60,544 nucleotides of DNA from the IMG/VR virus record IMGVR_UViG_3300027908_000020, positions 1 to 60,544 of that record. One strand, written 5' to 3'. The notes beneath the pieces are model-generated. The model worked only from the letters and a program-made list of their open reading frames with translations. It had not been told where the DNA came from and ran no database searches. Each line of letters starts with the position of its first letter. Position 1 is the stretch's first letter. This DNA is from a virus. Positions 45,402-55,217 of this stretch are shown in pieces. The position numbers and the translations under genes were made by a program.

Positions 45402-45958
45402 TGAAAGAGATTAAAATATCTAATGAACATTTTAAGTTCATTGAGAACCAGGCCCCCAAGTTAGATATTGGTGGCTTCTCTAATTTGGATAGAAAAGATT
45501 TAACTAAAGCTAGCAGACTTGATTATCAATATACAGGTTTGTATGGAGAGCTTGCATGGTACATGCATAGATATAATAGTTTTGATAAACTATCCAATCT
45601 ATTAGATTATAAATTTGAAGTATGCAGAAAAAATAATATTGGTGATTCAGGTTATGATGATAGTATTACTCATAATGAAAAAACTAGATTTGTTGATATC
45701 AAAACAACTCATATAGATGATGAGAAAAGAATTAAATATCTAAACCTTGTTATTCCTCCAAGAGAACTGCATGAGCAAATGATCTATATTTGCGCATTCT
45801 CTATTGGTAAAGACAGAAAAAATGTAGATAAAGTCATCTTGGCCGGTTGGGAAATAAACGAATGTATTACTGATAGATGGAAGTATGATTCTAATAAGTA
45901 TTGCGTTTCAGTTCCAAGGTTACGGCCTATGAAAGAGTTAGAAAAATATATAAGATGA
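45401..45958 (+). CDS. Putative PD-(D/E)XK restriction-like nuclease
   Basis: GLYGELA, GDSGYD, VDIKT, ILAGW. Confidence 0.5.
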   Translation: MKEIKISNEHFKFIENQAPKLDIGGFSNLDRKDLTKASRLDYQYTGLYGELAWYMHRYNSFDKLSNLLDYKFEVCRKNNIGDSGYDDSITHNEKTRFVDIKTTHIDDEKRIKYLNLVIPPRELHEQMIYICAFSIGKDRKNVDKVILAGWEINECITDRWKYDSNKYCVSVPRLRPMKELEKYIR

Positions 45959-46167
45959 AAATATGGTATAAAGCCGTTTGCGATGAACATAAAGAAATGG
46001 TTGATATGTTTGTGAATAACGTAGCTACTACTTATCATTATCTTCTAGATAAGGATGAAACCATTAACATATGGCTCAATTTACATTACGGTTGTAAATT
46101 ACGATTAATACATCATGATTTAGATTTGGACGAGTGTTTCAATAATGGGTACAGTTTTGTTAAATGA
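45955..46167 (+). CDS. Hypothetical protein
   Basis: ATGA-coupled start at 45955. Confidence 0.55.
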   Translation: MKIWYKAVCDEHKEMVDMFVNNVATTYHYLLDKDETINIWLNLHYGCKLRLIHHDLDLDECFNNGYSFVK

Positions 46168-46922
46168 ATTACTATAAAGATATAGTTGCATCTTGCAGGG
46201 ATTTGCTTTTGAATTTCCCGGAGGCCGCTCATGTTGCTGACTATGCAAGTAAGCGACTAACTGAGTCGGGACAAGATAAGTTCTCGTTCGGGTATTTCCC
46301 TAGTAACGCTAATCTCTCTGTATTAGAAGCTATCGTGGGTGAGGATAAGCTTGCTAAATCAGATTTGATTTATGATCGAATTTTGCAGGATGGCGCATCC
46401 ACCAGAAAGATACGCCACTCAAGTTTAGAGAATCATAATCTCGTAATGCCATACCGAGATGTGTATGGCAACATTATTGCTTTAGTCGGACGAACTATCC
46501 TTGGTGAAGAGGAAAGACAAGCCCAAAATATTCCCAAGTATAAAAATACATCCTTTGACAAAGGTAGCCATCTATTTGGATTATATGAAGCTAAAGAAAG
46601 CATTATAAAAACTAATACGGCCTACGTAGTTGAGGGACAGTTTGACTGCATTACTGCTCATGGTAAAGGTATGACTAATGTAGTGGCTCTTGGATCGTCA
46701 AATATGACTTTTGAGCAGTTTGCATTATTAACTAGATATACCAATAATCTCTTTATCTTATTAGACAATGATCAGGCTGGCCGAGCGGGAACAGAGAGAA
46801 TACTTAAATTCTACTCAAAATATGCTAATATAAGGCGCTCCATCCTCCCCAAAGGGTTTAAAGATATTGATGAATATCTAGCAGATAATGATGTTGAGTC
46901 ATTAATTTACACTCTTAAATAA
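46164..46922 (+). CDS. dnaG: DnaG primase catalytic core (TOPRIM) lacking zinc-binding and helicase-binding domains
   Basis: LVMPYRD..G.II..VGR, PKYKNT, FDKG..LFGL, VVEGQFD, VALG, LDNDQAG, KDIDE. Confidence 0.9.
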   Translation: MNYYKDIVASCRDLLLNFPEAAHVADYASKRLTESGQDKFSFGYFPSNANLSVLEAIVGEDKLAKSDLIYDRILQDGASTRKIRHSSLENHNLVMPYRDVYGNIIALVGRTILGEEERQAQNIPKYKNTSFDKGSHLFGLYEAKESIIKTNTAYVVEGQFDCITAHGKGMTNVVALGSSNMTFEQFALLTRYTNNLFILLDNDQAGRAGTERILKFYSKYANIRRSILPKGFKDIDEYLADNDVESLIYTLK

Positions 46923-47006
46923 AATGGTTGATAGTTATCGGCATATAAATCAGTATTATTAAACGAAGAACTTATAATAAATGATATATAATTCTTCGGA
47001 GCCAAA

Positions 47007-47450
47007 ATGGAGAGACGAAAGAACAGATCAGATTCATACCAACATTTAATTGTGGAGAGAATTGTTCCAAATGAAATGTTAGAATCCTTTTCAAATGAAG
47101 AGGGGGTGTTTAAGCGCTTGAACCCTTTTTCCTATAATGACGAAATAGCGGATTTAGAAGATCAGTTAAAGAAGGAGTTCTGGCGTATAGTAGATACTCT
47201 TCTTACTCCGAGACAAAGGGAAGTTATTCGATTGTATGCTGATGGATATACACAGATGGAAATAGCAAAGATGTTAAATGTTAATCAGTCAAGTATAACG
47301 AAAAGTTTGAATGGAAATGTAGATTATAAAAATGGCAAAAAGATTTATGGTGGAGCTAGAAAGAAGATTAGGAAAATAATAGAAAACGATGATAGAATTA
47401 AAGATATATTGAAACGAATTTCTGAATTGAGAGACGAGAATTGGCTATAA
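47007..47450 (+). CDS. Sigma-70 region 4-like HTH protein
   Basis: LTPRQREVIRLYADGYTQMEIAKMLNVNQSSIT...ARKKIRK. Confidence 0.75.
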   Translation: MERRKNRSDSYQHLIVERIVPNEMLESFSNEEGVFKRLNPFSYNDEIADLEDQLKKEFWRIVDTLLTPRQREVIRLYADGYTQMEIAKMLNVNQSSITKSLNGNVDYKNGKKIYGGARKKIRKIIENDDRIKDILKRISELRDENWL

Positions 47451-47454
47451 GTTC

Positions 47455-47483
47455 TTGACTTTTCGTTGTCAACTGGTTATATT
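47455..47483 (+). promoter_or_regulatory. Sigma70-type promoter, probably leaderless transcript
   Basis: TTGACT-N17-TATATT, with the ATG beginning 7 nt after the end of the -10 hexamer. Confidence 0.6.
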
Positions 47484-47489
47484 TCCCAT

Positions 47490-48317
47490 ATGCATTGCAC
47501 AATTTATTTATTAAGAGATAATACCAATAATATGATCTATATTGGCCAAACTTGGTTGTCATTAAAGAAAAGATTTGGGCCACGTGGCCTCGGCTATAAA
47601 AATTCTATTTATCTGTATGCTGCCATACAAAAACATGGCCACGAAAATTTCACATATGAAGTATTAGATACTTGTGAAGATCAGGAAACTGCCGATCTTC
47701 TAGAAGATAACTATATAACGCAATATGATAGCAGAAATCCTGATGTTGGATACAATCTTAAAGAAGGCGGAAGTGCTGGCAGACACTCTAATGAAACTAG
47801 AGAAAAAATGTCAAAAACAATGAAGAACAAAACTGATAAACTATCTCCCGAAGAATTGGCAAATAAGGTTAAATATATAGTTGGATATTGGGAAGGTAAG
47901 GAACGGGGTCCACATTCAGAAGAATGGAAAGAAGAAAATTCAACAAGAATGACTGAATGGCACGAAAATAATGTTCACCCAATGCTTGGCAAAACTCATT
48001 CGGAAGAAGCTAAGATAAAAATCTCGGAAGCAAGCAAGGGACATCCCGTTTCTGAAGAACAAAGAAAAGCTATTAGTAAAGCTCATAAAATGGACCCAGA
48101 AAGAGAACGTGCTATTATTGCTGCATATCAAAACCAGACCAATATCTCTGATATTGAAAAAGAGTTCGGAACCAGCAGAAGCAGCATCTATAGAATATTA
48201 GATAGGAATAATATTCCTCGGGCCGGAAACTTTACAAAGTGGACCGGTAAGAAACATTCCAAAGAAACTAAAGAAAAACAAAGCGATGCAAGAAAGCAAT
48301 TCTGGGAAAAGAAGTAA
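47490..48317 (+). CDS. GIY-YIG homing endonuclease with NUMOD3 repeats and HTH
   Basis: TIYLL...YIGQT...R, AIQKHG.ENF, GYNL..GG, repeated HSEE motifs. Confidence 0.85.
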   Translation: MHCTIYLLRDNTNNMIYIGQTWLSLKKRFGPRGLGYKNSIYLYAAIQKHGHENFTYEVLDTCEDQETADLLEDNYITQYDSRNPDVGYNLKEGGSAGRHSNETREKMSKTMKNKTDKLSPEELANKVKYIVGYWEGKERGPHSEEWKEENSTRMTEWHENNVHPMLGKTHSEEAKIKISEASKGHPVSEEQRKAISKAHKMDPERERAIIAAYQNQTNISDIEKEFGTSRSSIYRILDRNNIPRAGNFTKWTGKKHSKETKEKQSDARKQFWEKK

Positions 48318-48405
48318 TTTTTAAGTTTTAAGTTATTAATATTCATAATTTTTATGGCATTATTCTAGTATTTGTAATAGTCAAAGTTTAATTATTGGAG
48401 ACATA

Positions 48406-48882
48406 ATGCCCAAGTTTTCTGTAGATTATCTACAATTATCCAATTCTGTGGAGAAGAAGTTTTTCAAGCTGTCAGACGTTCAGCACCGGCTTGAGAAAAT
48501 AGGTTTTGATGTAGTTCGCTTCAAGGACGGAAATCCAGAAGAACTCTGGCAAATTCAAAATTCTGACGATGGTGATTACATAGTCGCTAGATATGAGTCA
48601 GAATCATCGGAAGCCCCTAAAACAGAAAAGACCGCCTCTTCCAATGCTTGGGAAGTGTTAGTTAGCGAAGCATCTGGCTATATAAACATATTCTATAAAG
48701 GGTTTCCGGTTGTGAAAGCCAGTCTTGCTCAAGTTGGAATCCAGAAAGATGACCTAGATACTCTCAAAAGATTTTTGCCAAGTAAGTTGAGCACAGATAA
48801 ACAATTCGCCCAGTCTTTGTTAAAGACCTTAAATACGACTGAGCGATACGAGTTATTGAGACTGTATCCGGAGCTATCCTAA
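48406..48882 (+). CDS. Hypothetical (putative virion) protein
   Basis: GGAG SD; first gene of the cluster upstream of the terminase; KTAS motif. Confidence 0.65.
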   Translation: MPKFSVDYLQLSNSVEKKFFKLSDVQHRLEKIGFDVVRFKDGNPEELWQIQNSDDGDYIVARYESESSEAPKTEKTASSNAWEVLVSEASGYINIFYKGFPVVKASLAQVGIQKDDLDTLKRFLPSKLSTDKQFAQSLLKTLNTTERYELLRLYPELS

Positions 48883-48895
48883 TCACAGGTGTTAA

Positions 48896-50506
48896 ATGAG
48901 TCTTAATCAAATTAAAAAAGCAGCAGATTCTATATTAAAGCTGATCGAGGACAGCGAAAAAGTATCTTTACCTATTTTTGTTGCCAAGTTGGCTAAAGCT
49001 TCAGAGGCTTATCCAGAAGATTACACGATCGGCGCAATGGCTAACGTAGCTGCTAGAATGGCTGGTTCAAACAAGTTAGTTATTACCCGCGCCGAAGTAA
49101 AAGACCTATACAAGAGACTTTACTCCAGAAACACAAAGTTTGCTGAGCTATTTTCCAATGAACTTGGTGAAGTAGTTAAGCTTGCAGCTCCACAAATTTA
49201 CAATCGTGAAAACGACGATGAAAGCCTAAATATACTAAATAAAGCGTATGAGAAGCTTGTCGACCCAGCATTAGCAAATGCTCTCAATAGCGCATTTGGA
49301 AATAAGGCAAAGCCCTATACTTCAACTGCAGCTGACCAGGCACAAACAGTATGTTTGAATAGTCTGACGAGACATAAGCTTTCTGGACAGGTTGATGTTG
49401 TAAGTGGTCGCGAAGATGTTGTTATCTGCCGCGTTTCATTTGAAACACCAAAGGGGCAAACCTCTGTTTTCGTGCCAATAGAAATTGTGGCTGATAAAGC
49501 CCTTCTTCCATCGGTATTCGTTGGAAACAGTGGACCAGAAGATTTCACCAAAGAGAATTTGGTAAACTACGTCGTTGCTAATGTTGGTAAGAAGCTGGCT
49601 ATAAGTGATGCTGTTGTGCTAACTGCTATTGCCAATGTCAAGGATGGAGATGCCATCAGCAATGTAGACATCATATTGACCAAGCTCAATGCGGAGAAGG
49701 AATCTGCGGCTGATTTCTCACAAGGTCAGATTCTATTCCAGAGCATGGAACCAGAAGTTAAGAACCTTGAAGTTAGCGTACCATCATACAATGATCCAGA
49801 GATGCAATCCTTCGCAAGTCAATTTGAGACTCCGCTAGGACTTGCAAACTTTACGTTTGGTAAAGAGGCACTCGAAACCGCGAAGCGTGCAATCTTAAGC
49901 AAGTTAAGTTCATGTGGCGTAACAAACCCACAGATTTCTGTATTCGATATGTCTAGTGATTCGGTTGTTTATGCTATTTCAGCGAATGCTGGAAGAACAG
50001 CATTCCGCGTACCAATGAACATGAAGACCGGATTTACTCCAACCGTCATCATTTCAAATGGTATGGTAAGAGATTTCTCCCAAAAATCTGTTCAAGAATT
50101 ATTTGCGCTAGAAGCAACTGATTACAAGGCAGCAGCTGCAGCTTCTCCGCTATACCATCTAAAGGCATCTGAGCTAGTTGATGTTGTTAGACAAGCTGTC
50201 GTCGAACAGAACTATTCTAAGGCAGAAGATGCCTTGAATATCCTTGCAGAGCTGTCAGATGACAAAGCTTATCAGACAGCATTTGTGGCTTACACAAACG
50301 GTCTAAATGGTACTAAGCAAGCAGAATGCAAATGCAGCAGAGTTGTTAAGAATGCCTCAAGTAAGCATGCTCTCTGCGGACATACCGGTTTACCACTTCA
50401 CAAAGTTTATCAAGATAAAAATGGGGATTGTCATCCACTGTATAGAAAAGGTATGGATGATACTTATGAGGGCGCTTACTTCCTCAATTCAAAAATATTT
50501 TTCTAA
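48896..50506 (+). CDS. Hypothetical (putative virion) protein
   Basis: 536 aa, Ala-rich, C-terminal Cys/His cluster. Confidence 0.7.
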   Translation: MSLNQIKKAADSILKLIEDSEKVSLPIFVAKLAKASEAYPEDYTIGAMANVAARMAGSNKLVITRAEVKDLYKRLYSRNTKFAELFSNELGEVVKLAAPQIYNRENDDESLNILNKAYEKLVDPALANALNSAFGNKAKPYTSTAADQAQTVCLNSLTRHKLSGQVDVVSGREDVVICRVSFETPKGQTSVFVPIEIVADKALLPSVFVGNSGPEDFTKENLVNYVVANVGKKLAISDAVVLTAIANVKDGDAISNVDIILTKLNAEKESAADFSQGQILFQSMEPEVKNLEVSVPSYNDPEMQSFASQFETPLGLANFTFGKEALETAKRAILSKLSSCGVTNPQISVFDMSSDSVVYAISANAGRTAFRVPMNMKTGFTPTVIISNGMVRDFSQKSVQELFALEATDYKAAAAASPLYHLKASELVDVVRQAVVEQNYSKAEDALNILAELSDDKAYQTAFVAYTNGLNGTKQAECKCSRVVKNASSKHALCGHTGLPLHKVYQDKNGDCHPLYRKGMDDTYEGAYFLNSKIFF

Positions 50507-50508
50507 TC

Positions 50509-51042
50509 ATGCGGTTAAAAGATATTACAGATATACAATGTGCTAATATAATAGAATATTATCTATCTAATAATTCTACTAGAAAAACCGCAAAACAATT
50601 CAATATATCACAAACATTTGTGGTAAAGATTTTGAAAAAATTTAATATAAAAAAGGAAAGTAAAAATTCTAAATCTAAACAGTATGCCACGGAATGGCGT
50701 AATAATCATGGTCATGGCATAGATTATAGATTTAAGCATGGGAAAGGTAATGCTAAATATAGAGGCATAGATTTTAATCTTTCTCTTGATGAATATATGA
50801 AAATTATTTCAAATAAGTGTTATTATTGTGATGATAAATTAGGATCAACTACTAATACATCTGGTTTTAGCATAGACAGATTAAATAATGATATAGGATA
50901 TACTAAAGATAATTGTGTTTCTTGCTGTGGATTCTGTAATAAAGTTAGAATGCACCAATTAACACCAGAACAAACTAAAGCAGCTATTAGGGCAATTATT
51001 ATACATAATTCGTCATATGAAGAAGATAGCCATATTTGGTAA
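50509..51042 (+). CDS. HNH endonuclease with N-terminal HTH
   Basis: AKYRGIDFNLS, CYYC, SIDRLNNDIGY..DNCVSCCGFCN. Confidence 0.8.
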   Translation: MRLKDITDIQCANIIEYYLSNNSTRKTAKQFNISQTFVVKILKKFNIKKESKNSKSKQYATEWRNNHGHGIDYRFKHGKGNAKYRGIDFNLSLDEYMKIISNKCYYCDDKLGSTTNTSGFSIDRLNNDIGYTKDNCVSCCGFCNKVRMHQLTPEQTKAAIRAIIIHNSSYEEDSHIW

Positions 51043-51045
51043 GGA

Positions 51046-51759
51046 ATGTACATGAAATTATCACAAAAGCTTTTAATTGTAGCTAGCTGGTTAGAAGATA
51101 CTGATAACGATCTTTTGGTTAATGCAGAGTCTGAGCCAGAATGCTTAACGGTTGTAGCCAGCGCTCTTGTCCAGGCAGCCGAAGTGCTAAAGGCGAGTGC
51201 CGTAGAAGTTAGCAAAGTTGAAACAACTAACTTAACTCCAGAGGCTCTTGATGAAATGGCAGCTCTAGCTCAGGCATTTGACGAGTCTGATGATGAGTTA
51301 TTAAAGAAGCAAGCATCCGTTCTAGATGAGATTCTTCTTACACTTGCCGCTCCAAAGAACGCAGTTAACGAGCATAAAAAAGCCGAAGATGATAGAATCG
51401 AACAGTTAAAAAAAAAATACAAAAATACTAAAGAACGACAAGATGAACATATAAAAGTTTCTGATACAATAAAAGAAATTGAAAAAAGTCCGTATTACAG
51501 AGAATATCGCCCTCTAGAAGCCCCTCTCAGCACAAGAAGCTGCCCTGATCACCCAGGCGCGCTCGTCGCGAGAGTTGGTGAGCATACTTGGCAATGCATG
51601 CTCGATAAGAAAATTTATGACTATGAGACAGGGTTCACTACTCTAAACGGAAATAAAGTTCCAGGTGGGGCTGTAGAGAACCAAATCCCGATGCAGTGGG
51701 ACCAAGGGAGCCTGGTTTTCGACACTCGTGAGAGCAGACTAGGATTAGAGCGCAAGTAA
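51046..51759 (+). CDS. Hypothetical protein
   Basis: 237 aa; LSTRSCPDHPG motif. Confidence 0.7.
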   Translation: MYMKLSQKLLIVASWLEDTDNDLLVNAESEPECLTVVASALVQAAEVLKASAVEVSKVETTNLTPEALDEMAALAQAFDESDDELLKKQASVLDEILLTLAAPKNAVNEHKKAEDDRIEQLKKKYKNTKERQDEHIKVSDTIKEIEKSPYYREYRPLEAPLSTRSCPDHPGALVARVGEHTWQCMLDKKIYDYETGFTTLNGNKVPGGAVENQIPMQWDQGSLVFDTRESRLGLERK

Positions 51760-51778
51760 TCATGTTATATTAACATAC

Positions 51779-52531
51779 ATGAGTAAAAGCGTTGCATTAA
51801 AAATACTTGAACATCCTGATAAGGATGAGATAATATCTAAATTAGTTAGTAGAGTATCTATTAGTGATATTCATGAATGGCTTGAATCCAAATATATAAA
51901 TGTTGGAGAAGAAAAGTTTGTACTGTCAACAAAAGTACTGACATCATTCCAAAAAGATTATTTGGATGTTTATAACCTTATTCGTGAGGATCTCACAAAA
52001 ACCAAGATACAAAGGCTCTCTCCTGAGGAAGAGCTGAAACTAGACGTGCAGGGCAATCCCCAATACAGGAAATCATTAGAGAAATATTTAGATAATGAAT
52101 TAGATATCAAGATAATGACCAAGCGTGCTCTAGCGGCAATGGAGAGCCGTATTGAGCAAATGTTTGATATGATTCAGGATGATCCTGCCAATATTAAAAT
52201 AGATCGAACCCTAATAGAGTGGTTTAATACATTAATTTCTCTACTTGAGAAATATGATACTATTCAAAATGGTAATTTAGAACAAATAAATATTCAAAAT
52301 AATATAAATATACAAATACTCGATGAGCACATAAACGTTGTTTATAAAGTAATTAAAGATATTTTATCGAGACTAGACTATGATACTTCGCTTGCTTTCA
52401 TAGATATGTTTAATGAAGAAATGCAGAAAATTAAACCAATGCTTGAGAAGGAAGTACTGCCGGTAGAAGTCAGACTAACTGAAGCCAGTTTAATGAGCCA
52501 GACGATTTCCGCAAAATTAGAAAAGGACTAG
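51779..52531 (+). CDS. Hypothetical helical protein (possible small terminase or DNA-binding protein)
   Basis: HTH-like N-terminus HPDKDEIISKL...ISDIHEWL; lies in the packaging neighbourhood. Confidence 0.4.
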   Translation: MSKSVALKILEHPDKDEIISKLVSRVSISDIHEWLESKYINVGEEKFVLSTKVLTSFQKDYLDVYNLIREDLTKTKIQRLSPEEELKLDVQGNPQYRKSLEKYLDNELDIKIMTKRALAAMESRIEQMFDMIQDDPANIKIDRTLIEWFNTLISLLEKYDTIQNGNLEQINIQNNINIQILDEHINVVYKVIKDILSRLDYDTSLAFIDMFNEEMQKIKPMLEKEVLPVEVRLTEASLMSQTISAKLEKD

Positions 52532-52562
52532 CCATTATAAGGTATTATAACATAAGGACCAC

Positions 52563-54308
52563 ATGAAGATGGCTTACCCAAATTACAATGAATTCATACC
52601 ACCTAGCCCATCATACGACCTGGGCAAGTGGATGAATGCAATGAAGGATATTTACATAAAGGTTCACCTCGGTGCCAACAAAAGCGAATCTATAAACGCC
52701 ATAACAAATGATTGGGACCATATGGAGAAGGTAAGTTTTCTCGATTGGATGAAGTACTATGAATCCGGTGACCAAAATAAATACAAAAAAGCCTACAAGA
52801 TGGCTCAGCATTCGTACTATGTAAATGATGCCTTAAATTATTTCGTTCCCAATCCTCCTAAGCCACCAAGTCCCCTCATGAATGTGAATGAGCAGATTGC
52901 TCAAGTTCCTCAGCAGGCAACACAAGCTATAACACAAAAACCAGCCGAAGTAAATCAAGAAGATAAAAGAAAGATTATTGAAGATCAGAGAAGAAAGATT
53001 CTTGGACGATTAAACTCGGCCGAAAAATTACTTAGCTCTCATCAAGGGCAAATCTTTGCTGGGCCAGATTTCGAAAGATTACTTAGTGCAATTTATGAAC
53101 TAAAAAAGCAAATCCAAACAGTTAACAAGATAACTCTATCAGCTCAGACTTGTGTAGATTTGATTGTTCGGCAGGCTAACATTTTACGTAGACAAGGGTT
53201 CCGGCAAGCTTCAGAATTTATGGTAAAGCTTGCACAGAACACTCCTGGTGATTTTAATATGAATCTGGGGGATGTACCAGCTGGTGGCAGTCAACCACAA
53301 GGTGGAGGAAATCTAGCAAATAATACTCCATCACCAGACAGCATGGAGAGTCCTCCTCCCGCTGGAATGGAGCCTGGTCCAGAAGATAGCAACGATCCTC
53401 TCAATGGTGGTATGGCCGGATTCATGTCCAACATGAGCGGCGGTGGTATAACTTTATTTGACAATGATAAAAAAGATAAAGCAAACGTTGACGATGATGC
53501 CAACATTGCTGAAGATGAAGTAGATTTGGGTGATGAGGACGATGTTCTTTTGGATCAGGAAGTTCTCCCAGATGACAATGAGTTAGTTGTTGAGGCTCAA
53601 GCTGCTCAACCAACACCACCTGTGCCAGATGCGGCTAAAGAACCGGTAGCTCCAGGTGCCGGAGGAGATTTACAGGTTGAATCACCACCAGAGAATGCTA
53701 CCCCAGATGCAGCTCAAGCTCCAGCCCCGGAAGCTAAGTCTCCAGCTCAGATGGATGCCGAAGAGGTCAAGAGCGATATTGATAATATCATAGACTCGGC
53801 GTTTGCTAATCTAACAGTTATGGATGTTATTAAGAAACTTGAAGATGTTAACAAGATCTTTAGAACCCGTGAAATAAGCAGGCAATTAGCAATCGTAGAC
53901 GTTATGTTAGGAAGAATGGGTCTAGCTCCTTATTTTCCACAGCTTGGAGAAGCTACAACTAAGCAACTTGAAGCAAATCAATATTGTCTCTCTCGTATCG
54001 AAGATATTTTATCCAAACTACGCGGCACACAACAAACTGGTGAAATTGATCTTACACATGAAGATCAGCCAAAAAATGAAGGAGCTACGCAGATTGCCCA
54101 AAATCTTGAACAATCCGAACAAAAAGATAAAGCCAAAAAAGAAATGAAGAGACAGCTCGAAGATAACCAAATGATGTCAAAACTAAAGCCACAGCCTGAA
54201 GTGGAAGGCGCTCCACAAGAACTAGCAGCCCAACCAACAGAGCTAGAAACTCCGGCTCCAGCAGATCAAGAAGCGGCCCCAGTACCAACCCCAAGACCAA
54301 CAAGATAA
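52563..54308 (+). CDS. Hypothetical protein with acidic and Pro-rich disordered regions (scaffold or internal head-like)
   Basis: 581 aa; KMAQ, KLAQ and VEAQ motifs before low-complexity segments. Confidence 0.7.
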   Translation: MKMAYPNYNEFIPPSPSYDLGKWMNAMKDIYIKVHLGANKSESINAITNDWDHMEKVSFLDWMKYYESGDQNKYKKAYKMAQHSYYVNDALNYFVPNPPKPPSPLMNVNEQIAQVPQQATQAITQKPAEVNQEDKRKIIEDQRRKILGRLNSAEKLLSSHQGQIFAGPDFERLLSAIYELKKQIQTVNKITLSAQTCVDLIVRQANILRRQGFRQASEFMVKLAQNTPGDFNMNLGDVPAGGSQPQGGGNLANNTPSPDSMESPPPAGMEPGPEDSNDPLNGGMAGFMSNMSGGGITLFDNDKKDKANVDDDANIAEDEVDLGDEDDVLLDQEVLPDDNELVVEAQAAQPTPPVPDAAKEPVAPGAGGDLQVESPPENATPDAAQAPAPEAKSPAQMDAEEVKSDIDNIIDSAFANLTVMDVIKKLEDVNKIFRTREISRQLAIVDVMLGRMGLAPYFPQLGEATTKQLEANQYCLSRIEDILSKLRGTQQTGEIDLTHEDQPKNEGATQIAQNLEQSEQKDKAKKEMKRQLEDNQMMSKLKPQPEVEGAPQELAAQPTELETPAPADQEAAPVPTPRPTR

Positions 54309-54311
54309 TGA

Positions 54312-55217
54312 ATGAAGCTGAGAGATATCCTTGCTCTAATGTATAAGATACATAAGGATAGTGGCATATCTATGCCATATCTCACAGGTGGAGTTCCACG
54401 CGACAAAATTCTGGGATTGATTAGAGATGAAATTTCCGATCTAGACATTACAACTGGCGACGCATCGATACATAATTTAGCTAAAGAATTCTCAATATCA
54501 TTGGGACATCAGTATAGTATAGATTCAAAACAAATGGATGATGGACATACATCTGTGTATGTAGGTAATCTAAAAATAGATTTTTCATCGAATTTTGAAG
54601 TTCCAAGTGCGGAACAGATTCTAAAAAAACATGGCATTAAAAACCCAACAGATTTACAAAAAGAAGTGTTTAGTAGAGATTTCACATGTAATACTCTTCT
54701 GATGACACTTGACTTAAAAAAAATAAAAGATCCAACAAAACAGGGGTTCCCAGATATAAAAAAGAAAATACTGAAAACATGTTTAGACCCTGATATCACA
54801 TTAAGATATAATCCAAATAGAATAATAAGAGTCATTTATCTTGCATCTAAGTTGGGATTTGATGTTGACCCAGAAATAATAGAATGGGTATCTAAAAACA
54901 AAGACTTCGTAAGAATGTCTTCCGAAGGATACCTGGCAAAAAATCTGGATAAAGCTTTAAGTAAGGATCCTGACAGATCTGTTTATCTAATAACTAAAAT
55001 GAATCTCTGGGATACACTTCCAATAACAGATAGTCTATATCCATATTACGCCAAAAAATCAGTTATTAAAGGCGCACAATGGCGCACAAACTACGATTAT
55101 GGTGAAGGGCTATACATGAATCTTGATAAATATAAAAGCGTATCAGAGTTTAGAAGAAAACGAAGAAAGAACAGATTAAAGCAATTACGAAAACTAAAAG
55201 ATATGAAACTAAAATGA
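54312..55217 (+). CDS. CCA-adding enzyme / poly(A) polymerase family nucleotidyltransferase
   Basis: LTGGVPRD, DLDITT, RDFTCN, NPNRIIR; basic C-terminal extension. Confidence 0.85.
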   Translation: MKLRDILALMYKIHKDSGISMPYLTGGVPRDKILGLIRDEISDLDITTGDASIHNLAKEFSISLGHQYSIDSKQMDDGHTSVYVGNLKIDFSSNFEVPSAEQILKKHGIKNPTDLQKEVFSRDFTCNTLLMTLDLKKIKDPTKQGFPDIKKKILKTCLDPDITLRYNPNRIIRVIYLASKLGFDVDPEIIEWVSKNKDFVRMSSEGYLAKNLDKALSKDPDRSVYLITKMNLWDTLPITDSLYPYYAKKSVIKGAQWRTNYDYGEGLYMNLDKYKSVSEFRRKRRKNRLKQLRKLKDMKLK

